Source: Eledone cirrhosa (lineage: Eukaryota). Taken from it: a stretch of DNA of 64,000 nt. The notes under the pieces are model-generated. The model saw nothing but the letters and a program-made list of their open reading frames with translations, was not told the origin of the DNA and did no database searches. The stretch spans positions 3,844,001 to 3,908,000 of the forward strand of contig OZ024741.1 in NCBI GenBank assembly GCA_964016885.1. Direction: 5' to 3'. Shown in pieces: positions 23,200 to 37,816 of the stretch (positions within the stretch are counted from its first letter, which is position 1; each line of letters begins with the position of its first letter). The position numbers and the translations under genes were made by a program.

Positions 23200-26100
23200 G
23201 GAGGTTTTAAAGGATGTAGTGTCTCGACAGCTAACAACTGATGCAGGTAGTTTGTTCCATGGATGTTTTAAAGGATGCAGTGTCTCGACAGCTAACAATT
23301 GATGCAGGTAGTTTGTTCCATGGAGATTCTAAAGGATGCAGTGTCTCGACAGCTAACAACTGATGCAGGTAGTTTGTTCCATGGATGTTTTAAAGGATGC
23401 AGTGTCTCGACAGCTAACAACTGGTGCTGGTAATTTGTTCCATGGAGGTTTTAAAGGATCCAGTGTCTCGACAGCTAACAACTGATGCTGGTAGTTTATT
23501 CCATGGAGGTTTTAATGGATCCAGTGTCTCAACAGCTAACAACTGATGAAGGTAGTTTGTTCCATGGATGTTTTAAAGGATGCAGTGTCTCGACAGCTAA
23601 CAACTGATGCAGGTAGTTTGTTCCATGTAGGTTTTAAAGGAAGCAGTGTCTCGACAGCTAACAACTGGTGCTGGTAGTTTGTTCCATGGAGGTTTTAAAG
23701 GATCCAGTGTCTCGACAGCTAACAACTGATGCTGGTAGTTTGTTCCATGGAGGTTTTAATGGATCCAGTGTCTCAACAGCTAACAACTGATGAAGGTAGT
23801 TTATTCCATGGAGGTTTTAATGGATGCAGTGTCTCGACAGCTAACAACTGATGCAGGTAGTTTGTTCCATGGATGTTTTAAAGGATGCAGTGTCTCGACA
23901 GCTAACAATTGATGCAGGTAGTTTGTTCCATGGAGATTCTAAAGGATGCAGTGTCTCGACAGCTAACAACTGATGCAGGTAGTTTGTTCCATGGATGTTT
24001 TAAAGGATGCAGTGTCTCGACAGCTAACAACTGGTGCTGGTAGTTTGCTCAATGGAGGTTTTAAAGGATCCAGTGTCTCGACAGCTAACAACTGATGCTG
24101 GTAGTTTGTTCCATGGAGGTTTTAATGGATCCAGTGTTTCAACAGCTAACAACTGATGAAGGTAGTTTGTTCCATGGATGTTTTAAAGGATGCAGTGTCT
24201 CGACAGCTAACAACTGATGCATGTAGTTTGTTCCATGGAGCTTTTAATGGAAGCAGTGTCTCGACAGCTAACAACTGATGCAGGTAGTTTGTTCCATAGA
24301 GGTTTTAAAGGATGCAGTGTCTCGACAGCTAACAACTGATCCAGGTAGTTTGTTCCATGGATGTTTTAAAGGATGCATTGTCTCGACAGCTAACAACTGA
24401 TGCAGGTAGTTTGTTCCATAGAGGTTTTAAAGGATGCAGTGTCCCGACAGCTAACAACTGATGCAGGTAGTGTGTTCCATGGAGGTTTTAAAGGATGCAG
24501 TGTCTCGACAGCTAACAACTGATGCAGGTAGTTTGTTCCATGGAGGTTTTAATGGATCCAGTGTCTCGACAGCTTACAACTGATGCAGGTAGTTTGTTCC
24601 ATGGAGGTTTTAAAGGAAGCAGTGTCTCGACAGCTAACAACTGATGCAGGTAGTTTGTTCCATAGAGGTTTTAAAGGATGCAGTGTCTCGACAGCTAACA
24701 ACTGATGCAAGTAGTTTGTTCCATGGAGGTTTTAAAGGATGCAGTGTCTCGACAGCTAACAATTGATGCAGGTAGTTTGTTCCATGGAGGTTTTAATGGA
24801 TCCAGTGTCTCAACAGCTAACAACTGATGAAGGTAGTTTGTTCCATGGATGTTTTAAAGGATGCAGTGTCTCGACAGCTAACAACTGATGCAGGTAGTTT
24901 GTTCCATGGAGGTTTTAAAGGGAGCAGTGTCTCGACAGCTAACAACTGATGCAGGTAGTTTGTTCCATAGAGCTTTTAAAGGATGCAGTGTCTCGACAGC
25001 TAACAACTGATGCAGGTAGTTTGTTCCATGGAGGTTTTAAAGGATGCAGTGTCTCGACAGCTAACAACTGATACAGGTAGTTTGTTACATGGAGGTTTTA
25101 AAGGATGTAGTGTCTCGACAGCTAAAAACTGATCCAGGTAGTTTGTTCCATGGATGTTTTAAAGGATGCAGTGTCTCAACAGCTAACAACTGATGCAGGT
25201 AGTTTGTTCCATGGAGGTTTTAAAGGATGCAGTGTCTCGACAGCTAACAACTGATGCAGGTAGTTTATTCCATAGAGGTTTTAAAGGATGCAGTGTCTCG
25301 ACAGCTAACAACTGATAAAGGTAGTTTATTCCATGGAGGTTTTAATGGATGCAGTGTCTCGACAGCTAACAACTGATGCAGGTAGTTTGTTCCATGGAAG
25401 TTTTAAAGGATGCAGTGTCTCGACAGCTAATAACTGATGCAGGTAGTTTGTCCATGGATGTTTTAAAGGATGCAGTGTCTCGACAGCTAACAATTGATGC
25501 AGGTAGTTTGTTCCATGGAGATTCTAAAGGATGCAGTGTCTCGACAGCTAACAACTGATGCAGGTAGTTTGTTCCATGGATGTTTTAAAGGATGCAGTGT
25601 CTCGACAGCTAACAACTGGTGCTGGTAGTTTGTTCCATGGAGGTTTTAAAGGATCCAGTGTCTCGACAGCTAACAACTGATGCTGGTAGTTTGTTCCATG
25701 GAGGTTTTAATGGATCCAGTGTTTCAACAGCTAACAACTGATGAAGGTAGTTTGTTCCATGGATGTTTTAAAGGATGCAGTGTCTCGACAGCTAACAACT
25801 GATGCATGTAGTTTGTTCCATGGAGCTTTTAATGGAAGCAGTGTCTCGACAGCTAACAACTGATGCAGGTAGTTTGTTCCATAGAGGTTTTAAAGGATGC
25901 AGTGTCTCGACAGCTAACAACTGATCCAGGTAGTTTGTTCCATGGATGTTTTAAAAGATGCATTGTCTCGACAGCTAACAACTGATGAAGGTAGTTTGTT
26001 CCATGGAGGTTTTAAAGGATGCAGTATCTCAAAAGCTAACAACTGATGCAGGTAGTTTGTTCCATGTAGGTTTTAAAGGAAGCAGTGTCTCGACAGCTAA

Positions 26101-29100
26101 CAACTGGTGCTGGTAGTTTGTTCCATGGAGGTTTTAAAGGATCCAGTGTCTCGACAGCTAACAACTGATGCTGGTAGTTTGTTCCATGGAGGTTTTAATG
26201 GATCCAGTGTCTCAACAGCTAACAACTGATGAAGGTAGTTTATTCCATGGAGGTTTTAATGGATGCAGTGTCTCGACAGCTAACAACTGATGCAGGTAGT
26301 TTGTTCCATGGATGTTTTAAAGGATGCAGTGTCTCGACAGCTAACAATTGATGCAGGTAGTTTGTTCCATGGAGATTCTAAAGGATGCAGTGTCTCGACA
26401 GCTAACAACTGATGCAGGTAGTTTGTTCCATGGATGTTTTAAAGGATGCAGTGTCTCGACAGCTAACAACTGGTGCTGGTAGTTTGCTCAATGGAGGTTT
26501 TAAAGGATCCAGTGTCTCGACAGCTAACAACTGATGCTGGTAGTTTGTTCCATGGAGGTTTTAATGGATCCAGTGTTTCAACAGCTAACAACTGATGAAG
26601 GTAGTTTGTTCCATGGATGTTTTAAAGGATGCAGTGTCTCGACAGCTAACAACTGATGCATGTAGTTTGTTCCATGGAGCTTTTAATGGAAGCAGTGTCT
26701 CGACAGCTAACAACTGATGCAGGTAGTTTGTTCCATAGAGGTTTTAAAGGATGCAGTGTCTCGACAGCTAACAACTGATCCAGGTAGTTTGTTCCATGGA
26801 TGTTTTAAAGGATGCATTGTCTCGACAGCTAACAACTGATGAAGGTAGTTTGTTCCATGGAGGTTTTAAAGGATGCAGTATCTCAAAAGCTAACAACTGA
26901 TGCAGGTAGTTTGTTCCATAGAGGTTTTAAAGGATGCAGTGTCTCGACAGCTAACAACTGATGCAGGTAGTTTATTCCATAGAGGTTTTAAAGGATGCAG
27001 TGTCTCGACAGCTAACAACTGATGCAAGTAGTTTGTTCCATGGAGGTTTTAAAGGATGCAGTGTCTCGACAGCTAACAACTGATGCAGGTAGTTTGTTCC
27101 ATGGAGGTTTTAATGGATCCAGTGTCTCGACAGCTTACAACTGATGCAGGTAGTTTGTTCCATGGAGGTTTTAAAGGAAGCAGTGTCTCGACAGCTAACA
27201 ACTGATGCAGGTAGTTTGTTCCATAGAGGTTTTAAAGGATGCAGTGTCTCGACAGCTAACAACTGATGCAAGTAGTTTGTTCCATGGAGGTTTTAAAGGA
27301 TGCAGTGTCTCGACAGCTAACAATTGATGCAGATAGTTTGTTCCATGGAGGTTTTAATGGATCCAGTGTCTCAACAGCTAACAACTGATGAAGGTAGTTT
27401 GTTCCATGGATGTTTTAAAGGATGCAGTGTCTCGACAGCTAACAACTGATGCAGGTAGTTTGTTCCATGGAGGTTTTAAAGGGAGCAGTGTCTCGACAGC
27501 TAACAACTGATGCAGGTAGTTTGTTCCATAGAGCTTTTAAAGGATGCAGTGTCTCGACAGCTAACAACTGATGCAGGTAGTTTGTTCCATGGAGGTTTTA
27601 AAGGATGCAGTGTCTCGACAGCTAACAACTGATACAGGTAGTTTGTTCCATGGAGGTTTTAAAGGATGTAGTGTCTCGACAGCTAAAAACTGATCCAGGT
27701 AGTTTGTTCCATGGATGTTTTAAAGGATGCAGTGTCTCAACAGCTAACAACTGATGCAGGTAGTTTGTTCCATGGAGGTTTTAAAGGATGCAGTGTCTCG
27801 ACAGCTAACAACTGATGCAGGTAGTTTATTCCATAGAGGTTTTAAAGGATGCAGTGTCTCGACAGCTAACAACTGATAAAGGTAGTTTATTCCATGGAGG
27901 TTTTAATGGATGCAGTGTCTCGACAGCTAACAACTGATGCAGGTAGTTTGTTCCATGGAAGTTTTAAAGGATGCAGTGTCTCGACAGCTAATAACTGATG
28001 CAGGTAGTTTGTCCATGGATGTTTTAAAGGATGCAGTGTCTCGACAGCTAACAATTGATGCAGGTAGTTTGTTCCATGGAGATTCTAAAGGATGCAGTGT
28101 CTCGACAGCTAACAACTGATGCAGGTAGTTTGTTCCATGGAGGTTTTAAAGGGAGCAGTGTCTCGACAGCTAACAACTGATGCAGGTAGTTTGTTCCATG
28201 GATGGTTTAAAGGATGCAGTGTCTCGACAGCTAACAACTGGTGCTGGTAGTTTGTTCCATGGAGGTTTTAAAGGATCCAGTGTCTCGACAGCTAACAACT
28301 GATGCTGGTAGTTTGTTCCATGGAGGTTTTAATGGATCCAGTGTTTCAACAGCTAACAACTGATGAAGGTAGTTTGTTCCATGGATGTTTTAAAGGATGC
28401 AGTGTCTCGACAGCTAACAACTGATGCATGTAGTTTGTTCCATGGATGTTTTAAAGGAAGCAGTGTCTCGACAGCTAACAACTGATGCAGGTAGTTTGTT
28501 CCATAGAGGTTTTAAAGGATGCAGTGTCTCGACAGCTAACAACTGATCCAGGTAGTTTGTTCCATGGATGTTTTAAAAGATGCATTGTCTCGACAGCTAA
28601 CAACTGATGAAGGTAGTTTGTTCCATGGAGGTTTTAAAGGATGCAGTATCTCAAAAGCTAACAACTGATGCAGGTAGTTTGTTCCATGTAGGTTTTAAAG
28701 GAAGCAGTGTCTCGACAGCTAACAACTGGTGCTGGTAGTTTGTTCCGTGGAGGTTTTAAAGGATCCAGTGTCTCGTCAGCTAACAACTGATGCTGGTAGT
28801 TTGTTCCATGGAGGTTTTAATGGATCCAGTGTCTCAACAGCTAACAACTGATGAAGGTAGTTTATTCCATGGAGGTTTTAATGGATGCAGTGTCTCGACA
28901 GCTAACAACTGATGCAGGTAGTTTGTTCCATGGATGTTTTAAAGGATGCAGTGTCTCGACAGCTAACAATTGATGCAGGTAGTTTGTTCCATGGAGATTC
29001 TAAAGGATGCAGTGTCTCGACAGCTAACAACTGATGCAGGTAGTTTGTTCCATGGATGTTTTAAAGGATGCAGTGTCTCGACAGCTAACAACTGGTGCTG

Positions 29101-32100
29101 GTAGTTTGCTCAATGGAGGTTTTAAAGGATCCAGTGTCTCGACAGCTAACAACTGATGCTGGTAGTTTGTTCCATGGAGGTTTTAATGGATCCAGTGTTT
29201 CAACAGCTAACAACTGATGAAGGTAGTTTGTTCCATGGATGTTTTAAAGGATGCAGTGTCTCGACAGCTAACAACTGATGCATGTAGTTTGTTCCATGGA
29301 GCTTTTAATGGAAGCAGTGTCTCGACAGCTAACAACTGATGCAGGTAGTTTGTTCCATAGAGGTTTTAAAGGATGCAGTGTCTCGACAGCTAACAACTGA
29401 TCCAGGTAGTTTGTTCCATGGATGTTTTAAAGGATGCATTGTCTCGACAGCTAACAACTGATGAAGGTAGTTTGTTCCATGGAGGTTTTAAAGGATGCAG
29501 TATCTCAAAAGCTAACAACTGATGCAGGTAGTTTGTTCCATAGAGGTTTTAAAGGATGCAGTGTCCCGACAGCTAACAACTGATGCAGGTAGTGTGTTCC
29601 ATGGAGGTTTTAAAGGATGCAGTGTCTCGACAGCTAACAACTGATGCAGGTAGTTTGTTCCATGGAGGTTTTAATGGATCCAGTGTCTCGACAGCTTACA
29701 ACTGATGCAGGTAGTTTGTTCCATGGAGGTTTTAAAGGAAGCAGTGTCTCGACAGCTAACAACTGATGCAGGTAGTTTGTTCCATAGAGGTTTTAAAGGA
29801 TGCAGTGTCTCGACAGCTAACAACTGATGCAAGTAGTTTGTTCCATGGAGGTTTTAAAGGATGCAGTGTCTCGACAGCTAACAATTAATGCAGGTAGTTT
29901 GTTCCATGGAGGTTTTAATGGATCCAGTGTCTCAACAGCTAACAACTGATGAAGGTAGTTTGTTCCATGGATGTTTTAAAGGATGCAGTGTCTCGACAGC
30001 TAACAACTGATGCAGGTAGTTTGTCCATGGATGTTTTAAAGGATGCAGTGTCTCGACAGCTAACAATTGATGCAGGTAGTTTGTTCCATGGAGATTCTAG
30101 AGGATGCAGTGTCTCGACAGCTAACAACTGATGCAGGTAGTTTGTTCCATGGATGTTTTAAAGGATGCAGTGTCTCGACAGCTAACAACTGGTGCTGGTA
30201 GTTTGTTCCATGGAGGTTTTAAAGGATCCAGTGTCTCGACAGCTAACAACTGATGCTGGTAGTTTGTTCCATGGAGGTTTTAATGGATCCAGTGTTTCAA
30301 CAGCTAACAACTGATGAAGGTAGTTTGTTCCATGGATGTTTTAAAGGATGCAGTGTCTCGACAGCTAACAACTGATGCATGTAGTTTGTTCCATGGAGGT
30401 TTTAATGGAAGCAGTGTCTCGACAGCTAACAACTGATGCAGGTAGTTTGTTCCATAGAGGTTTTAAAGGATGCAGTGTCTCGACAGCTAACAACTGATCC
30501 AGGTAGTTTGTTCCATGGATGTTTTAAAAGATGCATTGTCTCGACAGCTAACAACTGATGAAGGTAGTTTGTTCCATGGAGGTTTTAAAGGATGCAGTAT
30601 CTCAAAAGCTAACAACTGATGCAGGTAGTTTGTTCCATGTAGGTTTTAAAGGAAGCAGTGTCTCGACAGCTAACAACTGGTGCTGGTAGTTTGTTCCGTG
30701 GAGGTTTTAAAGGATCCAGTGTCTCGACAGCTAACAACTGATGCTGGTAGTTTGTTCCATGGAGGTTTTAATGGATCCAGTGTCTCTACAGCTAACAACT
30801 GATGAAGGTAGTTTATTCCATGGAGGTTTTAATGGATGCAGTGTCTCGACAGCTAACAACTGATGCAGGTAGTTTGTTCCATGGATGTTTTAAAGGATGC
30901 AGTGTCTCGACAGCTAACAATTGATGCAGGTAGTTTGTTCCATGGAGATTCTAAAGGATGCAGTGTCTCGACAGCTAACAACTGATGCAGGTAGTTTGTT
31001 CCATGGATGTTTTAAAGGATGCAGTGTCTCGACAGCTAACAACTGGTGCTGGTAGTTTGCTCAATGGAGGTTTTAAAGGATCCAGTGTCTCGACAGCTAA
31101 CAACTGATGCTGGTAGTTTGTTCCATGGAGGTTTTAATGGATCCAGTGTTTCAACAGCTAACAACTGATGAAGGTAGTTTGTTCCATGGATGTTTTAAAG
31201 GATGCAGTGTCTCGACAGCTAACAACTGATGCATGTAGTTTGTTCCATGGAGCTTTTAATGGAAGCAGTGTCTCGACAGCTAACAACTGATGCAGGTAGT
31301 TTGTTCCATAGAGGTTTTAAAGGATGCAGTGTCTCGACAGCTAACAACTGATCCAGGTAGTTTGTTCCATGGATGTTTTAAAGGATGCATTGTCTCGACA
31401 GCTAACAACTGATGAAGGTAGTTTGTTCCATGGAGGTTTTAAAGGATGCAGTATCTCAAAAGCTAACAACTGATGCAGGTAGTTTGTTCCATAGAGGTTT
31501 TAAAGGATGCAGTGTCCCGACAGCTAACAACTGATGCAGTTAGTGTGTTCCATGGAGGTTTTAAAGGATGCAGTGTCTCGACAGCTAACAACTGATGCAG
31601 GTAGTTTGTTCCATGGAGGTTTTAATGGATCCAGTGTCTCGACAGCTTACAACTGATGCAGGTAGTTTGTTCCATGGAGGTTTTAAAGGAAGCAGTGTCT
31701 CGACAGCTAACAACTGATGCAGGTAGTTTGTTCCATAGAGGTTTTAAAGGATGCAGTGTCTCGACAGCTAACAACTGATGCAAGTAGTTTGTTCCATGGA
31801 GGTTTTAAAGGATGCAGTGTCTCGACAGCTAACAATTGATGCAGGTAGTTTGTTCCATGGAGGTTTTAATGGATCCAGTGTCTCAACAGCTAACAACTGA
31901 TGAAGGTAGTTTGTTCCATGGATGTTTTAAAGGATGCAGTGTCTCGACAGCTAACAACTGATGCAGGTAGTTTGTTCCATGGAGGTTTTAAAGGGAGCAG
32001 TGTCTCGACAGCTAACAACTGATGCAGGTAGTTTGTTCCATAGAGCTTTTAAAGGATGCAGTGTCTCGACAGCTAACAACTGATGAAGGTAGTTTGTTCC

Positions 32101-33000
32101 ATGGAGGTTTTAAAGGATCCAGTGTCTCGACAGCTAACAACTGATACAGGTAGTTTGTTCCATGGAGGTTTTAAAGGATGTAGTGTCTCGACAGCTAAAA
32201 ATTGATCCAGGTAGTTTGTTCCATGGATGTTTTAAAGGATGCAGTGTCTCAACAGCTAACAACTGATGCAGGTAGTTTGTTCCATGGAGGTTTTAAAGGA
32301 TGCAGTGTCTCGACAGCTAACAACTGATAAAGGTAGTTTATTCCATGGAGGTTTTAATGGATGCAGTGTCTCGACAGCTAACAACTGATGCAGGTAGTTT
32401 GTTCCATGGAAGTTTTAAAGGATGCAGTGTCTCGACAGCTAATAACTGATGCAGGTAGTTTGTCCATGGATGTTTTAAAGGATGCAGTGTCTCGACAGCT
32501 AACAATTGATGCAGGTAGTTTGTTCCATGGAGATTCTAAAGGATGCAGTGTCTCGACAGCTAACAACTGATGCAGGTAGTTTGTTCCATGGATGTTTTAA
32601 AGGATGCAGTGTCTCGACAGCTAACAACTGGTGCTGGTAGTTTGTTCCATGGAGGTTTTAAAGGATCCAGTGTCTCGACAGCTAACAACTGATGCTGGTA
32701 GTTTGTTCCATGGAGGTTTTAATGGATCCAGTGTTTCAACAGCTAACAACTGATGAAGGTAGTTTGTTCCATGGATGTTTTAAAGGATGCAGTGTCTCGA
32801 CAGCTAACAACTGATGCATGTAGTTTGTTCCATGGAGGTTTTAATGGAAGCAGTGTCTCGACAGCTAACAACTGATGCAGGTAGTGTGTTCCATGGAGGT
32901 TTTTAAGGATGCAGTGTCTCGACAGCTAACAACTGATGCAGGTAGTTTGTTCCATGGAGGTTTTAAAGGAAGCAGTGTCTCGACAGCTAACAACTGATGC
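23200..33000 (+). repeat. Central sub-family domain: about four copies of an irregular 32-43-monomer higher-order unit
   Basis: TTTGCTCAATGG occurs at ~24047, 26486, 29108 and 31059 (spacings 40, 43, 32 monomers, each minus 1 bp). The shared T-deletion monomer TTTGTCCATGG occurs at ~25451, 28012, 30024 and 32463 (spacings 42, 33, 40 monomers, each minus 1 bp). Other markers are GGAGATTCTA, GTGTTTCAAC, GGAGCTTTTAATGGAAGC, CAGCTTAC and GATAAAGG. Confidence 0.87.
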
Positions 33001-35620
33001 AGGTAGTTTGTTCCATGGACGTTTTAAAGGATCCAGTGTCTTGACAGCTAACAACTGATGCTGGTAGTTTGTTCCATGGAGGTTTTAAAGGATGCAGTGT
33101 CTCGACAGCTAAAACTGATGCAGGTAGTGTGTTCCATGGAGGTTTTAAAGGATGCAGTGTCTCAACAGCTAACAACTGATGCAGGTAGTTTGTTCCATGG
33201 AGGTTTTAATGGATCCAGTGTCTCGACAGCTTACAACTGATGCAGGTAGTTTGTTCCATGGAGGTTTTAAAGGAAGCAGTGTCTCGACAGCTAACAACTG
33301 ATGCAGGTAGTTTGTTCCATAGAGGTTTTAAAGGATGCAGTGTCACGACAGCTAACAACTGATGCAAGTAGTTTGTTCCATGGAGGTTTTAAAGGATGCA
33401 GTGTCTCGACAGCTAACAATTGATGCAGGTAGTTTGTTCCATGGAGGTTTTAAAGGGAGCAGTGTCTCGACAGCTAACAACTGATGCAGGTAGTTTGTTC
33501 CATAGAGCTTTTAAAGGATGCAGTGTCTCGACAGCTAACAACTGATGCAGGTAGTTTGTTCCATGGAGGTTTTAAAGGATGCAGTGTCTCGACAGCTAAC
33601 AACTGATACAGGTAGTTTGTTCCATGGAGGTTTTAAAGGATGTAGTGTCTCGACAGCTAAAAACTGATCCAGGTAGTTTGTTCCATGGATGTTTTAAAGG
33701 ATGCAGTGTCTCAACAGCTAACAACTGATGCAGGTAGTTTGTTCCATGGAGGTTTTAAAGGATGCAGTGTCTCGACAGCTAACAACTGATGCAGGTAGTT
33801 TATTCCATAGAGGTTTTAAAGGATGCAGTGTCTCGACAGCTAACAACTGATGCAGGTAGTTTGTTCCATAGAGGTTTTTAAGGATGCAGTGTCTCGACAG
33901 CTAACAACTGATGCAGGTAGTTTGTTCCATGGAGGTTTTAAAGGATGCAGTGTCTCGACAGCTAACAACTGATGCAGGTAGTTTATTCCATAGAGGTTTT
34001 AAAGGATGCAGTGTCTCGACAGCTAACAACTGATGCAAGTAGTTTGTTCCATGGAGGTTTTAAAGGATGCAGTGTCTCGACAGCTAACAGCTGATGCAGG
34101 TAGTTTATTCCATAGAGGTTTTAAAGGATGCAGTGTCTCGACAGCTAACAACTGATGCAGGTAGTTTGTTCCATAGAGGTTTTTAAGGATGCAGTGTCTC
34201 GACAGCTAACAACTGATGCAGGTAGTTTGTTCCATGGAGGTTTTAATGGATCCAGTGTCTCGACAGCTAACAACTGATGTAGGTAGTTTGTTCCATGGAG
34301 GTTTTAAAGGATGCAGTGTCTCGACAGCTAACAACTAATGAAGGTAGTTTGTTCCATGGAGGTTTTTAAGGATGCCGTGTCTCGACAGCTAACAACTAAT
34401 GAAGGTAGTTTGTTACATGGAGGTTTTAAAGGATCCAGTGTCTCGACAGCTAACAACTGATGTAGGTAGTTTGTTCCATGGAGGTTTTAAAGGATGCAGT
34501 GTCTCGACAGCTAACAACTGATGCAAGTAGTTTGTTCCATGGAAGTTTTAAAGGATGCAGTGTCTCGACAGCTAACACTTGATGCAGGTAGTTTATTCCA
34601 TGGAGGTTTTAATGGATCCAGTGTCTCAACAGCTAACAACTGATGAAGGTAGTTTGTTCCATGGATGTTTTAAAGGATGCAGTGTCTCGACAGCTAACAA
34701 CTGATGCAGGTAGTTTGTTCCATGTAGGTTTTAAAGGAAGCAGTGCCTCGACAGCTAACAACTGATGCAGGTAGTTTGTTCCATAGAGGTTTTAAAGGAT
34801 GCAGTGTCTCGACAGCTAACAACTGATGCAGGTAGTTTGTTCCATGGAAGTTTTAAAGGATGCAGTGTCTCGACAGCTAATAACTGATGCAGGTAGTTTG
34901 TTCCATGGAGGTTTTAAAGGATGTAGTGTCTCGACAGCTAACAACTGATGCAGGTAGTTTGTTCCATGGATGTTTTAAAGGATGCAGTGTCTCGACAGCT
35001 AACAATTGATGCAGGTAGTTTGTTCCATGGAGATTCTAAAGGATGCAGTGTCTCGACAGCTAACAACTGATGCAGGTAGTTTGTTCCATGGATGTTTTAA
35101 AGGATGCAGTGTCTCGACAGCTAACAACTGATGAAGGTAGTTTGTTCCATGGATGTTTTAAAGGATGCAGTGTCTCGACAGCTAACAACTGATGCATGTA
35201 GTTTGTTCCATGGAGGTTGTAATGGAAGCAGTGTCTCGACAGCTAACAACTGATGCAGGTAGTTTGTTCCATAGAGGTTTTAAAGGATGCAGTGTCTCGA
35301 CAGCTAACAACTGATGCAGGTAGTTTGTTCCATGGATGTTTTAAAGGATGCATTGTCTCGACAGCTAACAACTGATGAAGGTAGTTTGTTCCATGGAGGT
35401 TTTAAAGGATGCAGTATCTCAAAAGCTAACAACTGATGCAGGTAGTTTGTTCCATAGAGGTTTTAAAGGATGCAGTGTCCCGACAGCTAACAACTGATGC
35501 AGGTAGTGTGTTCCATGGAGGTTTTAAAGGATGCAGTGTCTCGACAGCTAACAACTAATGAAGGTAGTTTGTTCCATGGAGGTTTTAAAGGATCCAGTGT
35601 CTCGACAGCTAACAACTGAT

Positions 35621-37816
35621 GTAGGTAGTTTGTTCCATGGAGGTTTTAAAGGATGCAGTGTCTCGACAGCTAACAACTGATGCAAGTAGTTTGTTCCATG
35701 GAGGTTTTAAAGGATGCAGTGTCTCGACAGCTAACAATTGATGCAGGTAGTTTATTCCATGGAGGTTTTAATGGATCCAGTGTCTCAACAGCTAACAACT
35801 GATGAAGGTAGTTTATTCCATGGAGGTTTTAATGGATGCAGTGTCTCGACAGCTAACAACTGATGCAGGTAGTTTGTTCCATGGAAGTTTTAAAGGATGC
35901 AGTGTCTCAACAGCTAATAACTGATGCAGGTAGTTTGTTCCATGGAGGTTTTAAAGGATGTAGTGTCTCGACAGCTAACAACTGATGCAGGTAGTTTGTT
36001 CCATGGATGTTTTAAAGGATGCAGTGTCTCGACAGCTAACAACTGATGCTGGTAGTTTGTTCCATGGAGGTTTTAATGGATCCAGTGTCTCAACAGCTAA
36101 CAACTGATGAAGGTAGTTTGTTCCATGGATGTTTTAAAGGATGCAGTGTCTCGACAGCTAACAACTGATGCATGTAGTTTGTTCCATGGAGGTTTTAATG
36201 GAAGCAGTGTCTCGACAGCTAACAACTGATGCAGGTAGTTTGTTCCATAGAGGTTTTAAAGGATGCAGTGTCTCGACAGCTAACAACTGATGCAGGTAGT
36301 TTGTTCCATGGATGTTTTAAAGGATGCATTGTCTCGACAGCTAACAACTGATGAAGGTAGTTTGTTCCATGGATGTTTTAAAGGATGCAGTGTCTCGACA
36401 GCTAACAACTGATGAAGGTAGTTTGTTCCATGGAGGTTTTAAAGGATGCAGTATCTCAAAAGCTAACAACTGATGCAGGTAGTTTGTTCCATAGAGGTTT
36501 TAAAGGATGCAGTGTCCCGACAGCTAACAACTGATGCAGGTAGTGTGTTCCATGGAGGTTTTTAAGGATGCAGTGTCTCGACAGCTAACAACTGATGCAG
36601 GTAGTTTGTTCCATGGAGGTTTTAATGGATCCAGTGTCTCGACAGCTAACAACTAATGAAGGTAGTTTGTTCCATGGAGGTTTGAAAGGATCCAGTGTCT
36701 TGACAGCTAACAACTGATGTAGGTAGTTTGTTCCATGGAGGTTTTAAAGGATGCAGTGTCTCGACAGCTAACAACTGATGCAAGTAGTTTGTTCCATGGA
36801 GGTTTTAAAGGATGCAGTGTCTCGACAGCTAACAATTGATGCAGGTAGTTTATTCCATGGAGGTTTTAATGGATCCAGTGTCTCAACAGCTAACAACTGA
36901 TGAAGGTAGTTTATTCCATGGAGGTTTTAATGGATGCAGTGTCTCGACAGCTAACAACTGATGCAGGTAGTTTGTTCCATGGAAGTTTTAAAGGATGCAG
37001 TGTCTCGACAGCTAATAACTGATGCAGGTAGTTTGTTCCATGGAGGTTTTAAAGGATGTAGTGTCTCGACAGCTAACAACTGATGCAGGTAGTTTGTTCC
37101 ATGGATGTTTTAAAGGATGCAGTGTCTCGACAGCTAACAACTGATGCTGGTAGTTTGTTCCATGGAGGTTTTAATGGATCCAGTGTCTCAACAGCTAACA
37201 ACTGATGAAGGTAGTTTGTTCCATGGATGTTTTAAAGGATGCAGTGTCTCGACAGCTAACAACTGATGCATGTAGTTTGTTCCATGGAGGTTTTAATGGA
37301 AGCAGTGTCTCGACAGCTAACAACTGATGCAGGTAGTTTGTTCCATAGAGGTTTTAAAGGATGCAGTGTCTCGACAGCTAACAACTGATGCAGGTAGTTT
37401 GTTCCATGGATGTTTTAAAGGATGCATTGTCTCGACAGCTAACAACTGATGAAGGTAGTTTGTTCCATGGATGTTTTAAAGGATGCAGTGTCTCGACAGC
37501 TAACAACTGATGAAGGTAGTTTGTTCCATGGAGGTTTTAAAGGATGCAGTATCTCAAAAGCTAACAACTGATGCAGGTAGTTTGTTCCATAGAGATTTTA
37601 AAGGATGCAGTGTCCCGACAGCTAACAACTGATGCAGGTAGTGTGTTCCATGGAGGTTTTTAAGGATGCAGTGTCTCGACAGCTAACAACTGATGCAGGT
37701 AGTTTGTTCCATGGAGGTTTTAATGGATCCAGTGTCTCGACAGCTAACAACTAATGAAGGTAGTTTGTTCCATGGAGGTTTGAAAGGATCCAGTGTCTTG
37801 ACAGCTAACAACTGAT
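35621..37816 (+). repeat. Tandem duplication of an 18-monomer block (1,098 bp x2)
   Basis: GGAAGTTTT...CTAATAACT lies at 35883/36981 and TTTGAAAGGATCCAGTGTCTTGAC at 36681/37779. Both offsets are 1098 = 18x61, with the same monomer order. Confidence 0.88.

Noticed and set aside
1392-33240. The 19 ORFs of 60-62 aa in the ORF track
   Set aside because: 61 is not a multiple of 3, so translation cycles through all frames and hits a stop within three monomers. Every listed ORF overlaps one of the eight 60-bp deletion monomers, which delays the stop. The peptides are just the translated repeat, on both strands, with no recognisable domain.
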